DNA of 64,000 nt from Clostridia bacterium (GTDB lineage: Bacteria > Bacillota > Clostridia > UMGS1840): assembly GCA_045631485.1 (NCBI GenBank), contig JAZQUU010000022.1:11298-75297 (forward strand). The letters are read 5' to 3'. Shown here piece after piece: positions 54,897-64,000 of the stretch (position 1 is the stretch's first letter; every line of letters starts with the position of its first letter). A model generated the notes under the pieces. It saw only the letters and a program-made list of their open reading frames with translations, did no database searches and had not been told where the DNA came from. Position numbers and translations under genes: made by a program.

Positions 54897-56174
54897 TTAT
54901 TCTTCCATCGGTTCATTTGCATCTAAAAATTCGGGAACATCGGGTAATATTTTTTTGGTTTCTTCCTCGGATAAAGAAGAAACACTGTTTAATTTACGTT
55001 GGATGGCACGGGTTCTAACTCCCACTAATTTTTCCAGTTCTCCGTGTGCCTGATCTAAGCGTTGTTGTGCAGATTTTATCACATTGGAGAATTTCTCAAA
55101 TTCGGATTTCACGGCACCAAGCACATTCCACACTTCACCGGAACGTTTCTGAATAGCAAGAGTTTTAAAGCCCATCTGCAAACTCTGAAGGAATGCGCAA
55201 ATGGTGGTGGGACCTGCAATATTCACCTTATAATCACGCTGCAAAACTTCCACCATACCGTGACGTACCACCTCGGCATAAAGACCTTCCACAGGCAAAA
55301 ACATAATGGCAAAATCGGTGGTTTCCGGTGGTGATATGTATTTTTCGCTGATGTCTTTGGCAAACTGTTTGATGCGGCGGTCCAGAGCGGTTTTTGCCGA
55401 TTCAATCTGTGCCACATCGCCACTGTCGTAGGCGTCGGTAAGCTGGGTATAAGCGTCCACGGGGAATTTTGCATCAATGGGCAAATAAAGAGGTTCATTC
55501 CCGTCTCCGGGTAAACGGATGGCAAATTCCACCACATTGGCACTTCCCTTTTTCACCGCCACATTTTGGTCATACTGGTCGGGCGAGAACATCTGCTCTA
55601 AAATAGCACCCAACTGAATTTCCCCTAAAATACCACGGGTTTTCACATTGGAAAGCACCTTTTTCAAATCACCCACCCCGGAGGCAAGGGTTTTCATTTC
55701 GCCTAAGCCTTTATACACTTCTTCCAACCGCTCGGATACCAATTGGAAGGATTTTCCGATACGGTCTTCCAAAGTCTTTTGCAATTTTTCGTCCACGGTT
55801 TCCCGCATTTTTTCCAGTTTTTTATTGTTATCTTCCTGCATACGGGTCAGTTTGTTTTCCACCGTTTCCCGAATCTGCTCCAGTTTTTTCTCATTATTTT
55901 GAGAAAACTGATTGAGCCGTTCCTCGGAAGATTTCAGTCGCTCGGACACATCCTTCTGAAAGGATTCAAAACGGTTATTCAAATCCTTGATGCGGGCGTC
56001 CTGATGCTCTGCACCTTGCTTTTGGGATTCTGAGAGCATATCAGACATATTTTTTAACTGATTGGTCAACTCCATACGCAGAGCAGAAAAATCATTCTGA
56101 TTATTTTTGGATACCAAAAGCACAATCAAAAGCACTAAGATTACCAAAGATAATGCCAATAAAACATATTCCAT
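54897..56174 (-). CDS. rmuC: DNA recombination protein RmuC
   Basis: N-terminal TM segment, a long coiled-coil region, and a C-terminal RmuC nuclease-like domain (FAIMFLPVEGLYAE). Confidence 0.85.
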   Translation of the reverse strand: MEYVLLALSLVILVLLIVLLVSKNNQNDFSALRMELTNQLKNMSDMLSESQKQGAEHQDARIKDLNNRFESFQKDVSERLKSSEERLNQFSQNNEKKLEQIRETVENKLTRMQEDNNKKLEKMRETVDEKLQKTLEDRIGKSFQLVSERLEEVYKGLGEMKTLASGVGDLKKVLSNVKTRGILGEIQLGAILEQMFSPDQYDQNVAVKKGSANVVEFAIRLPGDGNEPLYLPIDAKFPVDAYTQLTDAYDSGDVAQIESAKTALDRRIKQFAKDISEKYISPPETTDFAIMFLPVEGLYAEVVRHGMVEVLQRDYKVNIAGPTTICAFLQSLQMGFKTLAIQKRSGEVWNVLGAVKSEFEKFSNVIKSAQQRLDQAHGELEKLVGVRTRAIQRKLNSVSSLSEEETKKILPDVPEFLDANEPMEE

Positions 56175-56197
56175 AAATCGCCTCTCCTTTCAAGGTT

Positions 56198-57295
56198 TTA
56201 GCGGTATTCTCTCTTGATGGAAGAATCAATAAACAAGGGATTGCAATCCGCTTTTACAATATCGCCGATATGAAGACTGCCATCATTTCTCACAATGGCG
56301 CAATACATTCCCACACGGCCTAAAATTTCATATTTTCCCTGATACAAATACTGTTTCTTTCCGATACTTTTAAAATCGGTAAACATATAACGAAGCACAT
56401 CAATCAAACGATAGGCATCGTTTTGCTTGGTGGTGAAAAATCCGTCCTTATAACCGATGCCGATAACGGCAGTATTCATATTCTCTTTTGCTTTGTAGGT
56501 ATTGCCGTATGCAACATTATCTCCTTTTTGTAAGGAGTTTTCGTCCAATACCCGCACTTCAAGATATGCAATCCGATGAAGTTTGACGGGTGATTTCATC
56601 GGTAGGCGTCCCAAAAAGGCGGAACTGATACGAACTGCATTACGTTTTTTGTTGGGATACAATAAGGCACCGCAGGAATTGGCACTATGAATCACAAGTT
56701 TTCCAAACAACTCGGGATTTTTTGCTTTCACTTGTTCTAAAATCTTATCAAAGCGTTCATCCTGAGTTTTTGTAAGGTTATATTTTGGTTCAAAGGAACA
56801 GGAATAGTGAGTAAAAATCCCCGTAATATTCACGCTTTTCCCTTGTTGCTCGAATGCGGATAAAATATCTTTTTCATTTCGATAAGAGAAGCCGAATCTG
56901 CCAAAGCCGGTATCGACCTTGATATGAACGTTGGGAGCAATTTCAATTTCTTTGGAAACTTTTTGGATAAGCTCCAGATGAGACAATGCTCCAACGGTTA
57001 AAGTCACACCTTTTTGAAGCAATTCTTTTACGATTTCGGGGTCATTTTCGGGCGTTAATAATAACACGGTGGCATCAAAAAAGCGTTCATCGCTTTTTAA
57101 ATTAATGGCTTCTTTGGATTCCGACACCGCAAAATGAGTAATCCCCTGCTCTCTTAAAAAGTTGGCGTAAGGAATGAGGGAAAGACCGTAGCCATCCCCT
57201 TTCACCACCGCAAAGATGGTGTTATCTTTGCAAAATGCTTTGATATTTTGAACATTTTCCGCTAATTTTGCGGTTTCAATCACCATTTTTTTCAT
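56198..57295 (-). CDS. Alanine racemase-family PLP enzyme (divergent)
   Basis: 365 aa. AVVKGDGYG aligns with the canonical VVKANAYGHG PLP-lysine motif. IGIGYKDGF aligns with GYADGY. Confidence 0.65.
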   Translation of the reverse strand: MKKMVIETAKLAENVQNIKAFCKDNTIFAVVKGDGYGLSLIPYANFLREQGITHFAVSESKEAINLKSDERFFDATVLLLTPENDPEIVKELLQKGVTLTVGALSHLELIQKVSKEIEIAPNVHIKVDTGFGRFGFSYRNEKDILSAFEQQGKSVNITGIFTHYSCSFEPKYNLTKTQDERFDKILEQVKAKNPELFGKLVIHSANSCGALLYPNKKRNAVRISSAFLGRLPMKSPVKLHRIAYLEVRVLDENSLQKGDNVAYGNTYKAKENMNTAVIGIGYKDGFFTTKQNDAYRLIDVLRYMFTDFKSIGKKQYLYQGKYEILGRVGMYCAIVRNDGSLHIGDIVKADCNPLFIDSSIKREYR

Positions 57296-57303
57296 TTTCT
57301 TTA

Positions 57304-59145
57304 CTAACCCCTATTATGACACACACTATTGCATTGGTAACGGTTGGCACCGCAACCTGCACACTTGTCCTGACAGTTGGGCGTGGTGATGGCTTCCTTG
57401 GCGGTAAGAAGTTCCCGTTTAAAGAATTCCTTAGTCACACCGCAGAAGGTCACATCCCAGGGTAACACCTCGTCTAAAGAGCGTTCCCGTTCACTGTAAA
57501 ACTTCATATCCACACCGGCATTTTCAAAGGCTTTCTGCCAGGTTTCATAGGAGAAATATTCGTTCCAGCCGTCCAGTTTACAACCAAGCTTGTGAGCTTC
57601 CAAAATCACTTTCCCCAAACGGCGATCCCCACGGGCAAACACCGCTTCCAACACGGAAGTTTCCGCATCGTGCCAGTTTAAACGGATATTTTTGGAACGC
57701 AAATTTTCCTTAAGCAAATTCTGCTTATGCAAAATGGTTTCAAAAGAATCCTGAGGTGCCCATTGGAAGGGGGTGTGAGGCTTTGGAACAAAGGTGGAAA
57801 CCGACACGGTAATTCCAAATCGTTTGCCTCGTTTTTCCTTGGGAACGCTATAATAAATGGATTCAATTTTTTTCACCAACTCACAGATGCCCAAAACATC
57901 CTCGTCCGTTTCAAAGGGAAGCCCGATCATGAAATAGAGCTTCACGGTGGACCATCCGTTTTCATAGGCAAACTGCATGGTGTTTAAAATGGTTTCTTCG
58001 GAAATATTTTTATTAATAATGTCTCTCATTCTCTGAGTTCCCGCTTCGGGAGCAAAGGTGAGAGAACTTTTTCTCACTTCAGATAAGCTTTCCAACGCTT
58101 CTTCGTGGAAATTGTCGATACGAAGAGACGGCAAAGCTAAGTTAATCATATTTTCCTTGGTAAAGGTATTGAGTTTCCCTTTTAAGTCTTTTAACTGCAG
58201 ATAATCACTGGTGGATAAGGAAGAAAGCGAAATTTCTTCATATCCGGTGTTGCAAAAAGATAACTGCGCAATCTCAGACAGTTTATCTGCATCTTTTTCC
58301 CGTTTGGGGCGATAAATATACCCTGCCTGACAGAATCGGCAACCTCTCATACATCCGCGCATTACTTCCAGAGTGATTCTGTCATGCACCGCTTCCACAA
58401 AGGGAACCACCAATTTGGTGGGAAAAATCGCATCGGACAGATTTTCTATCACCGTTTTTTCCACGGTTTTGGAAACGGATGCCACGGTGCCGTCTTCGTG
58501 GTAAGTAACCTCCACCAAAGAAGGCACATACACCCCTTGAAGATTGGATAATTCTTTTAAAATATCTGCTTTTTTCGTGCCCTTTTTCTTGCCGTTTAAC
58601 ACAATGTCGGACACTTTTACAATCACGTCTTCCCCTTCGCCAATCATAAAGAAATCGATAAAATCGGCAAGTGGTTCGGGATTATATGCACAAGGTCCTC
58701 CTGCACAAACCAAGGGATAGGTATCGTCACGCTCAATAGCCAAAAGCGGAATCTGAGCTAAAGATAACATGGATAAAATGGAAGAATAAGAAAGCTCATA
58801 CTGCAAGGTAAATCCGATAATATCGTGGTCTTTTAAGGGCATTTTGCTTTCTAAGGAATATAGCGGAATCCCTTTTTCTCTAAGCTTGTCTTCCATATCC
58901 TGCGCCACCATAAAGGAACGCTCCGCCCAGATATCGTCCCGACGGTTTAAGATATCATATAAAATTTTGATGCCCAAATGAGACATTCCGATTTCATACA
59001 AATCGGGAAAACAGAAGGTAAAATGCAAATCGGTTTTATCCCAATCCTTTACCACACTGTTAAATTCTCCCCCTGCATAGCGGGCAGGTTTTTCCACCTC
59101 GCATAAGATTTCGTCCAGACGATTCTGTAAGTTTTCAGTTGCCAT
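57304..59145 (-). CDS. B12-binding-like-domain radical SAM protein (large housekeeping Firmicute family, not SPASM type)
   Basis: CMRGCRFCQAG is a CxxxCxxC motif. 613 aa with a Cys-rich C-terminus (CQDKCAGCGAN). Confidence 0.75.
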   Translation of the reverse strand: MATENLQNRLDEILCEVEKPARYAGGEFNSVVKDWDKTDLHFTFCFPDLYEIGMSHLGIKILYDILNRRDDIWAERSFMVAQDMEDKLREKGIPLYSLESKMPLKDHDIIGFTLQYELSYSSILSMLSLAQIPLLAIERDDTYPLVCAGGPCAYNPEPLADFIDFFMIGEGEDVIVKVSDIVLNGKKKGTKKADILKELSNLQGVYVPSLVEVTYHEDGTVASVSKTVEKTVIENLSDAIFPTKLVVPFVEAVHDRITLEVMRGCMRGCRFCQAGYIYRPKREKDADKLSEIAQLSFCNTGYEEISLSSLSTSDYLQLKDLKGKLNTFTKENMINLALPSLRIDNFHEEALESLSEVRKSSLTFAPEAGTQRMRDIINKNISEETILNTMQFAYENGWSTVKLYFMIGLPFETDEDVLGICELVKKIESIYYSVPKEKRGKRFGITVSVSTFVPKPHTPFQWAPQDSFETILHKQNLLKENLRSKNIRLNWHDAETSVLEAVFARGDRRLGKVILEAHKLGCKLDGWNEYFSYETWQKAFENAGVDMKFYSERERSLDEVLPWDVTFCGVTKEFFKRELLTAKEAITTPNCQDKCAGCGANRYQCNSVCHNRG

Positions 59146-60476
59146 TACGGTTCTCCTCGTAAGATTTGGTTTTCTTGGATAAATTCTTTCATTTTGCTAA
59201 GAGCGATATTGGCGATTTTCTCGTATCGCTCCTGCTTGGATTTGATTCGTTCGTTTAATTTCGGCAGAATTCCGAAATTCATATTCATCGGTTGAAAATT
59301 TTCAATCGTTTCATCGGTAATATAAGATAATAATGAACCAAGTGCCGTTTCTTTCGGAAACACAACAGGTTCTTTTTCATTCAAATACAAGAACGCATTG
59401 ATTCCTGCCAAAAAGCCGGATGCCATGGATTCCACATAGCCTTCAACACCGGTCATCTGCCCTGCAAAAAACAGGTTCGGATGTTTTTTTAGCTGATTGG
59501 TGGGTAACAGATTTTTGGGAGCATTGATATAGGTATTGCGATGCATCACGCCGTAGCGCAAAAAATCGGCGTTTTTAAGTCCCGGAATCATAGAGAACAC
59601 TCTCTTTTGCTCGGGAAAGGTCAGATTGGTTTGAAAGCCTACCAGATTATACATGGTATCTTCTGCATTTTCCTGACGAAGCTGAACCACCGCATGATAT
59701 TCTTTTCCCGTTTTGGGGTCAGGAAGTCCCACCGGTTTCATTGGACCAAACAGAAGGGTTTTCTCCCCTCGTTTCGCCATCACCTCAATGGGCATACATC
59801 CTTCAAACACCTTAATTTTCTTTTCTTCTTCCAAATGAAGCGGTGCTAATTTGGCATTTACCAACTCCTGATAAAAAGCATCATACTGCTCTTTGGTGAA
59901 GGGGCAGTTGATATAATCATCGGTTCCCTTGCCGTATCGTGCCATTTTGTAGCAAACAGACATATCAATACTGTCTTTCGCCACAACGGGCGCCGCCGCA
60001 TCAAAAAAGTATAAGCTTTCTTCTCCCAAAAGATTAGCGATTTCTTTTGCCAACGGTTCCGAGGTTAAAGGCCCCGTTGCCAGGATGCAAACGCCATCGG
60101 GAATTTTGGTAATTTCTTCGGAAATCACCAAAATATTGGGATGATTTTTAATCACATCGGTAATATATCGGGAAAATTTGTCACGGTCCACTGCTAGGGC
60201 ATCTCCTGCGGGAACACGGGATAATTCCGCACTTTTCATACAGAGAGAACCAAGCATACGAAGCTCCTCTTTTAAGAGTCCGCAGGCATTGGAAATTCGG
60301 TTTCCTTTTAATGAATTGGAGCAAACAAGTTCCGCCAAATCATCGCTGTGATGAGCAGGCGATTTTTTAAGAGGCTTCATTTCATAAAGCTTCACTTTTC
60401 CGCCTAAGTTTGCGATGGCATAAGCCGCTTCCACACCTGCTAAGCCACCGCCCACAATATGAATGGTCTGATTCAT
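59145..60476 (-). CDS. trmFO: Methylenetetrahydrofolate--tRNA-(uracil-5-)-methyltransferase TrmFO
   Basis: N-terminal IVGGGLAGVEAA FAD motif and the conserved position after topA. 443 aa. Confidence 0.9.
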   Translation of the reverse strand: MNQTIHIVGGGLAGVEAAYAIANLGGKVKLYEMKPLKKSPAHHSDDLAELVCSNSLKGNRISNACGLLKEELRMLGSLCMKSAELSRVPAGDALAVDRDKFSRYITDVIKNHPNILVISEEITKIPDGVCILATGPLTSEPLAKEIANLLGEESLYFFDAAAPVVAKDSIDMSVCYKMARYGKGTDDYINCPFTKEQYDAFYQELVNAKLAPLHLEEEKKIKVFEGCMPIEVMAKRGEKTLLFGPMKPVGLPDPKTGKEYHAVVQLRQENAEDTMYNLVGFQTNLTFPEQKRVFSMIPGLKNADFLRYGVMHRNTYINAPKNLLPTNQLKKHPNLFFAGQMTGVEGYVESMASGFLAGINAFLYLNEKEPVVFPKETALGSLLSYITDETIENFQPMNMNFGILPKLNERIKSKQERYEKIANIALSKMKEFIQENQILRGEP

Positions 60477-60479
60477 AAT

Positions 60480-62675
60480 TTATTCCTTTTCAGATTTTTT
60501 CTGAGTGGTTTTTTTGGTTGTTTTTGTTGTTTTTGTCGTTTTAGTTGCTTTGGTTGTTGTTTTTTTCGCAGCTTTGGTTGTTTTTTCGCTTTTCGCTTTC
60601 GGCTTGGGTGCACTCAGTTCACAAGCTTCGTTGGAACAGTACTCTTTTCCGCCTCTCTGATATCTTTTCACAATCATATAGCTGCCGCATTTTTCACAAG
60701 TTTTTCCGGTGGGTTTATCCCATGATGCAAAATCACATTCGGGATATTTTTCGCAACCATAGAAGATTTTTCCCGTACGGGATTTTCTTTCCAAAAGCTT
60801 GTTACCGCATTTGGGACAAGCAATATTTTCAATTTCCTTGATTAAAGGCTTGGTGGTTTTGCAATCGGGATAGTTGGGACAAGCTAAGAATTTGCCGAAT
60901 TTACCGCTTTTAATTACCATATTGGCACCGCATTTATCACAAAGCACATCGGTCACCTCAGGAGTTTTTTCCACGGTTTCGTCTGCTTCGGAAAGCTCTT
61001 TCTGGAAATCCTTATAGAAAGCGCCCAACACGTCTTTCCAGTATTTACCGGATTCAATGCCGTCCAATTCTTCTTCCATAGTAGCGGTGAATTTTTCATC
61101 CACGATATTGGCAAAGCTTTTCTTCATAACATCCGTTACCAAAGCACCTAAAGAAGTGGGTTTTAATGCTTTCCCTTCTTTTTCAATGTACTCACGGCTT
61201 AACACGGTGAAGATGGTGGGAGCATAGGTAGAGGGACGGCCGATGCCCTTTTCTTCCAATGCTTTAATCAGGCTTGCTTCGGTATAACGGGCAGGAGGAG
61301 TGGTGAAATTCTGTTTATCCTTTAATTTGGATAAGGTTAAGGGGTCACCGTCTGCCACGGGCGGGATTTTCACTTTGTCGTCTTCTTCCTCATCGGGAGA
61401 CAGATAGAATTTCATACAACCGTCAAAGGTCATATTCTGTGCAGAAGAACGGAAATTATATACCGCACTTTCGCCGTTTGCTTCCACTTCCACGGTAATC
61501 ACATCAAACAATGCGGGTTTTAACTGAGAAGATAAGAAACGGTTCCAGATGAGTTTATAAAGCTTATACTGATCATTGGTTAAGGAACCTTTAATCATAT
61601 CGGGTTCCAAATCAATGTAGGTAGGACGGATTGCTTCGTGAGCATCCTGAGTGTTGGCACCTTTTTTCTTATACACATTGGGTTTATCGGGATAATATTC
61701 TTTTCCGATATTGGCAATGGTGTATTCTTTTGCAGCGGCAATTGCATCCTGAGAAACTCTCAAACTGTCGGTTCTCATATAGGTGATTAAACCGAGTAGT
61801 CCTTTTCCTGCCACTTCCACCCCTTCGTATAAGGTCTGTGCCACAGACATGGTTTTACGGGAAGTGAAGTTTAATTTACGGGATGCATCCTGCTGAAGGG
61901 TACTGGTGCTGTACGGCGGAAATGCCTGCCGTTTTTTCACGGTTTTCTTCACGCTTTTTACGATAATATCGGCAGATTTTAATTCATTTGCAACCAAAGC
62001 TGCCACATCGGCATTTTTGATTTCAAACTTTTTGCCGTTTTTGCCATACAAACGGGATAACAGTTTTTTCTTATCTTTGGTTAAAAATTCGGCATCCAAG
62101 GTCCAATATTCTTCGGGCACAAATTTGTTGATTTCGTCCTCACGATCACAAATCATACGAACGGTAACAGACTGAACACGGCCTGCAGACAGTCCTTTTC
62201 TGATTTTTTTCCAGAGGAAGGGACTTAATTTGTAGCCCACAATTCTGTCCAACACACGACGAGCCTGCTGAGCATCCACCAAATCCAAATCAATGGCACG
62301 AGGAGATTTCATCGCTTCGGTAACCGCAGTTTTGGTGATTTCGTTGAAGGTTACACGGCAAGGTTCTTTTTCGTCGATATTGAGTAAATTGGCAATATGC
62401 CAACTGATAGCTTCCCCTTCACGGTCAGGGTCAGTTGCGAGATAAACGTGATTGGCTTCTTTTGCAAGCTGACTGAGCTTTTTCACCAAATCTTTACGTT
62501 CGGGCATAATCTGATATTTGGGAGTAAAATTGTTTTCAATATCTACCCCCATAGTTTTCTTGGGCAAATCTCTTAAATGCCCCATAGAGGCAATTACCTC
62601 ATATTCACCGCCAAGGTATTTTTCAATGGTTTTTGCCTTGGCAGGGGATTCTACAATGATTAAATTCTGTGCCAT
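60480..62675 (-). CDS. topA: DNA topoisomerase I
   Basis: N-terminal Toprim LIIVESPAKAKTI, three C4 zinc ribbons, then a Lys/Thr-rich tail. 731 aa. Confidence 0.93.
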   Translation of the reverse strand: MAQNLIIVESPAKAKTIEKYLGGEYEVIASMGHLRDLPKKTMGVDIENNFTPKYQIMPERKDLVKKLSQLAKEANHVYLATDPDREGEAISWHIANLLNIDEKEPCRVTFNEITKTAVTEAMKSPRAIDLDLVDAQQARRVLDRIVGYKLSPFLWKKIRKGLSAGRVQSVTVRMICDREDEINKFVPEEYWTLDAEFLTKDKKKLLSRLYGKNGKKFEIKNADVAALVANELKSADIIVKSVKKTVKKRQAFPPYSTSTLQQDASRKLNFTSRKTMSVAQTLYEGVEVAGKGLLGLITYMRTDSLRVSQDAIAAAKEYTIANIGKEYYPDKPNVYKKKGANTQDAHEAIRPTYIDLEPDMIKGSLTNDQYKLYKLIWNRFLSSQLKPALFDVITVEVEANGESAVYNFRSSAQNMTFDGCMKFYLSPDEEEDDKVKIPPVADGDPLTLSKLKDKQNFTTPPARYTEASLIKALEEKGIGRPSTYAPTIFTVLSREYIEKEGKALKPTSLGALVTDVMKKSFANIVDEKFTATMEEELDGIESGKYWKDVLGAFYKDFQKELSEADETVEKTPEVTDVLCDKCGANMVIKSGKFGKFLACPNYPDCKTTKPLIKEIENIACPKCGNKLLERKSRTGKIFYGCEKYPECDFASWDKPTGKTCEKCGSYMIVKRYQRGGKEYCSNEACELSAPKPKAKSEKTTKAAKKTTTKATKTTKTTKTTKKTTQKKSEKE

Positions 62676-62696
62676 TGGACGATTTCTCCTTTTTTT

Positions 62697-63842
62697 CTAA
62701 AGCTTTAATGCATAAGAATTGCCGGGTACCATATAGACAATATCGTTAAGCATCAGTAAGGTCAGAATGCCGTTCACCTTTCCTGCGGGCATACCGGTTC
62801 TTCTGACAATTTCATCAATATATTTCGGTTTGTCGGATAATTCCGCCACAACCTGCTTTTGTTCATCGGTAAGATTTTTTAAAGATTCTAAGTATTTTTC
62901 GTGGGGAACGGTGTGCTTTTTCGCTTCCTCATACAAATACTCGGGGAAACGGTCAACATAACGCTCCACTATATCGGAAGGACAGGTTGCCATCAACGCA
63001 AATTCTTTTAACAACTGATTGGTTCCCCTGCTGTTTTCCACATAAATATTGTTGGGAACCGCGAACACATCTTTTCCCTGATTGTTGGCATGGTCTGCCG
63101 TAATCAGAGAGCCGCTGTCCAAATCCCCTTCCACCACCAATGTTCCCATGGTGATGGCACTGATAATACGATTTCTTTGCGGAAAGCAATATTTGGTTGC
63201 TTTTGTTCCGGGAGGATATTCGCTCAGTACCGCTCCGTAATCCACAATATATTCATACAGTTCGGTATTCGCCTTGGGATAAATGATATCCACACCCGTC
63301 CCCAATACCGCAACCGTAGGCTTTCCTGCTTTTAAGGCTCCCAGATGCGCCTGGGCATCACAACCGTCTGCCATACCACTGACCACCAGAAGTCCGCTTT
63401 GTGCCAATGCTTTTGCAAAATCAAAGGCGGTTCTTCTGCCGTATTCGGTTAAATCACGGGTTCCCACAATGGCAAAAGCAGGGATTTTATCATAATCAAA
63501 ATGCTTCCCTTTTTCATAGAGCACCATAGGTGGTGCATAAATAACCGAAAGGCAATCGGGATAATTTTCATCTCCGAAGCAATACACCGAAATCCGCTTT
63601 TCTTTGCAGGTTTCTATCACAGAGTAGGCATACTCCAGATTTTTATTATGAAGCATTGATTTCTGCTTTTGATTTAAAAAAGTGATTTTTTCAATTTCCT
63701 CTGAGGTCAAATCAAATACCGCTTTTACAGAACCAAAGTGAGTGACCAACTGTTTGGTACATTGGTTGCCGTAGCCAAGCATCTGATTGAGCCAGATGGC
63801 GTAAGGTGCATTTTCTGATATTGTAATCATTGTTAAAAGCAC
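62697..63842 (-). CDS. dprA: DNA processing protein DprA
   Basis: SGMADGCDAQAHLGAL motif, a Rossmann-like core and a C-terminal wHTH. Conserved dprA-topA-trmFO order. Confidence 0.88.
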   Translation of the reverse strand: MLLTMITISENAPYAIWLNQMLGYGNQCTKQLVTHFGSVKAVFDLTSEEIEKITFLNQKQKSMLHNKNLEYAYSVIETCKEKRISVYCFGDENYPDCLSVIYAPPMVLYEKGKHFDYDKIPAFAIVGTRDLTEYGRRTAFDFAKALAQSGLLVVSGMADGCDAQAHLGALKAGKPTVAVLGTGVDIIYPKANTELYEYIVDYGAVLSEYPPGTKATKYCFPQRNRIISAITMGTLVVEGDLDSGSLITADHANNQGKDVFAVPNNIYVENSRGTNQLLKEFALMATCPSDIVERYVDRFPEYLYEEAKKHTVPHEKYLESLKNLTDEQKQVVAELSDKPKYIDEIVRRTGMPAGKVNGILTLLMLNDIVYMVPGNSYALKL

Positions 63843-63845
63843 TCC

Positions 63846-64000
63846 TTATTGTTCAGACTTGTCAACGAAAATTTCCGGGCTCTCACAAGCAGATTCCGAT
63901 AAATCGGCAGGTTTTCTTTGAAAATACACAAGCATCACAATGCCTGCCAGCGCCGTTACCAATCCCAACACCTGAGAGATACGAAATGCCCCCAGATACA
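63846..64000 (-). CDS. C-terminal fragment of a membrane protein (EamA/DMT-like tail); gene starts beyond the window end
   Basis: Own translation gives ...YLGAFRISQVLGLVTALAGIVMLVYFQRKPADLSESACESPEIFVDKSEQ, with the stop at 63846-63848. Confidence 0.4.
   Translation of the reverse strand, partial: YLGAFRISQVLGLVTALAGIVMLVYFQRKPADLSESACESPEIFVDKSEQ

Noticed and set aside
57304-59145. Radical SAM gene considered as the missing SCIFF maturase ScfB
   Set aside because: It has the wrong architecture: an N-terminal B12-binding-like domain, 613 aa and no SPASM-type twin Cys clusters. It is also 24 kb from scfA. It fits the housekeeping Firmicute radical SAM family instead.
60459-60725. 88-aa Cys/Phe-rich plus-strand ORF (looks like a Cys-rich peptide)
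   Set aside because: It is the antisense shadow of the repetitive Lys/Thr-coding tail of topA.
1-64000. CRISPR arrays, rRNA genes, IS elements/transposases, toxin-antitoxin pairs and known defence-system signatures
   Set aside because: I scanned by eye for regularly spaced repeats, rRNA-like conserved blocks, DDE/serine/tyrosine recombinase motifs and typical defence ATPase/nuclease pairs. None was found. RmuC and DprA here sit in ordinary housekeeping contexts.

Overview
This window looks like core chromosome from a low-GC, endospore-forming Firmicute (Clostridia-like); I cannot assign a species. It is densely coded, mostly on the minus strand.

Gene content, in order along the window:
- 1-11.7 kb: a kinase-less carbohydrate/polyol cluster bracketed by two paralogous AraC regulators. 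It holds an AEC transporter, two mutarotase-like proteins, two Zn-ADHs, a FucI-like isomerase, a fused transketolase and a Gfo/Idh/MocA oxidoreductase.
- Tandem YgjV-like membrane paralogs, a DUF1846 protein and a CPA2 antiporter.
- A stand-alone tRNA(CUG) gene with its own consensus promoter and terminator. It is not in the ORF track.
- A one-carbon/methionine pair (MeTr-like pterin protein plus an Hcy-methyltransferase::MTHFR fusion) overlapping ftsK, then uppP, thyX and a tagA-like gene.
- A signal-less amidase plus BhlA/UviB holin-like peptide.
- mnmE, spmAB, an SDR, a GNAT, a ferredoxin and xth.
- An island of very small genes: DUF1540 and YqzL (both below the ORF-track cutoff) and three unknowns.
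- A PRT, a 5-formyl-THF cyclo-ligase and a 46-aa SCIFF ranthipeptide precursor (below cutoff) with no maturase nearby, then a small membrane protein, yajC and cysS.
- A 686-aa GT-C-like membrane domain fused in frame to serine acetyltransferase.
- recG, a DAK2 protein, Asp23, an amino-acid ABC transporter, an AraC regulator and maf.
- The complete spoIIIAA-AH operon, followed with no terminator by an 83-aa basic protein translationally coupled to a 621-aa phage-portal-like protein, then a DUF2508 protein.
- mgtC, pncB, rmuC, an alr-like gene, a radical SAM gene, trmFO, topA and dprA.

I saw no rRNA, CRISPR array, transposase or integrase.

The best candidates for new biology are:
- the orphan portal-like gene wired behind the spoIIIA channel operon;
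- the orphan SCIFF precursor;
- the GT-C::CysE fusion;
- the atypical tRNA;
- the kinase-less transketolase sugar cluster;
- a recurring sigma-E-like bipartite motif that ties several unknown small genes to sporulation.

All functional calls rest on motif and family recognition by eye. No database search was run.
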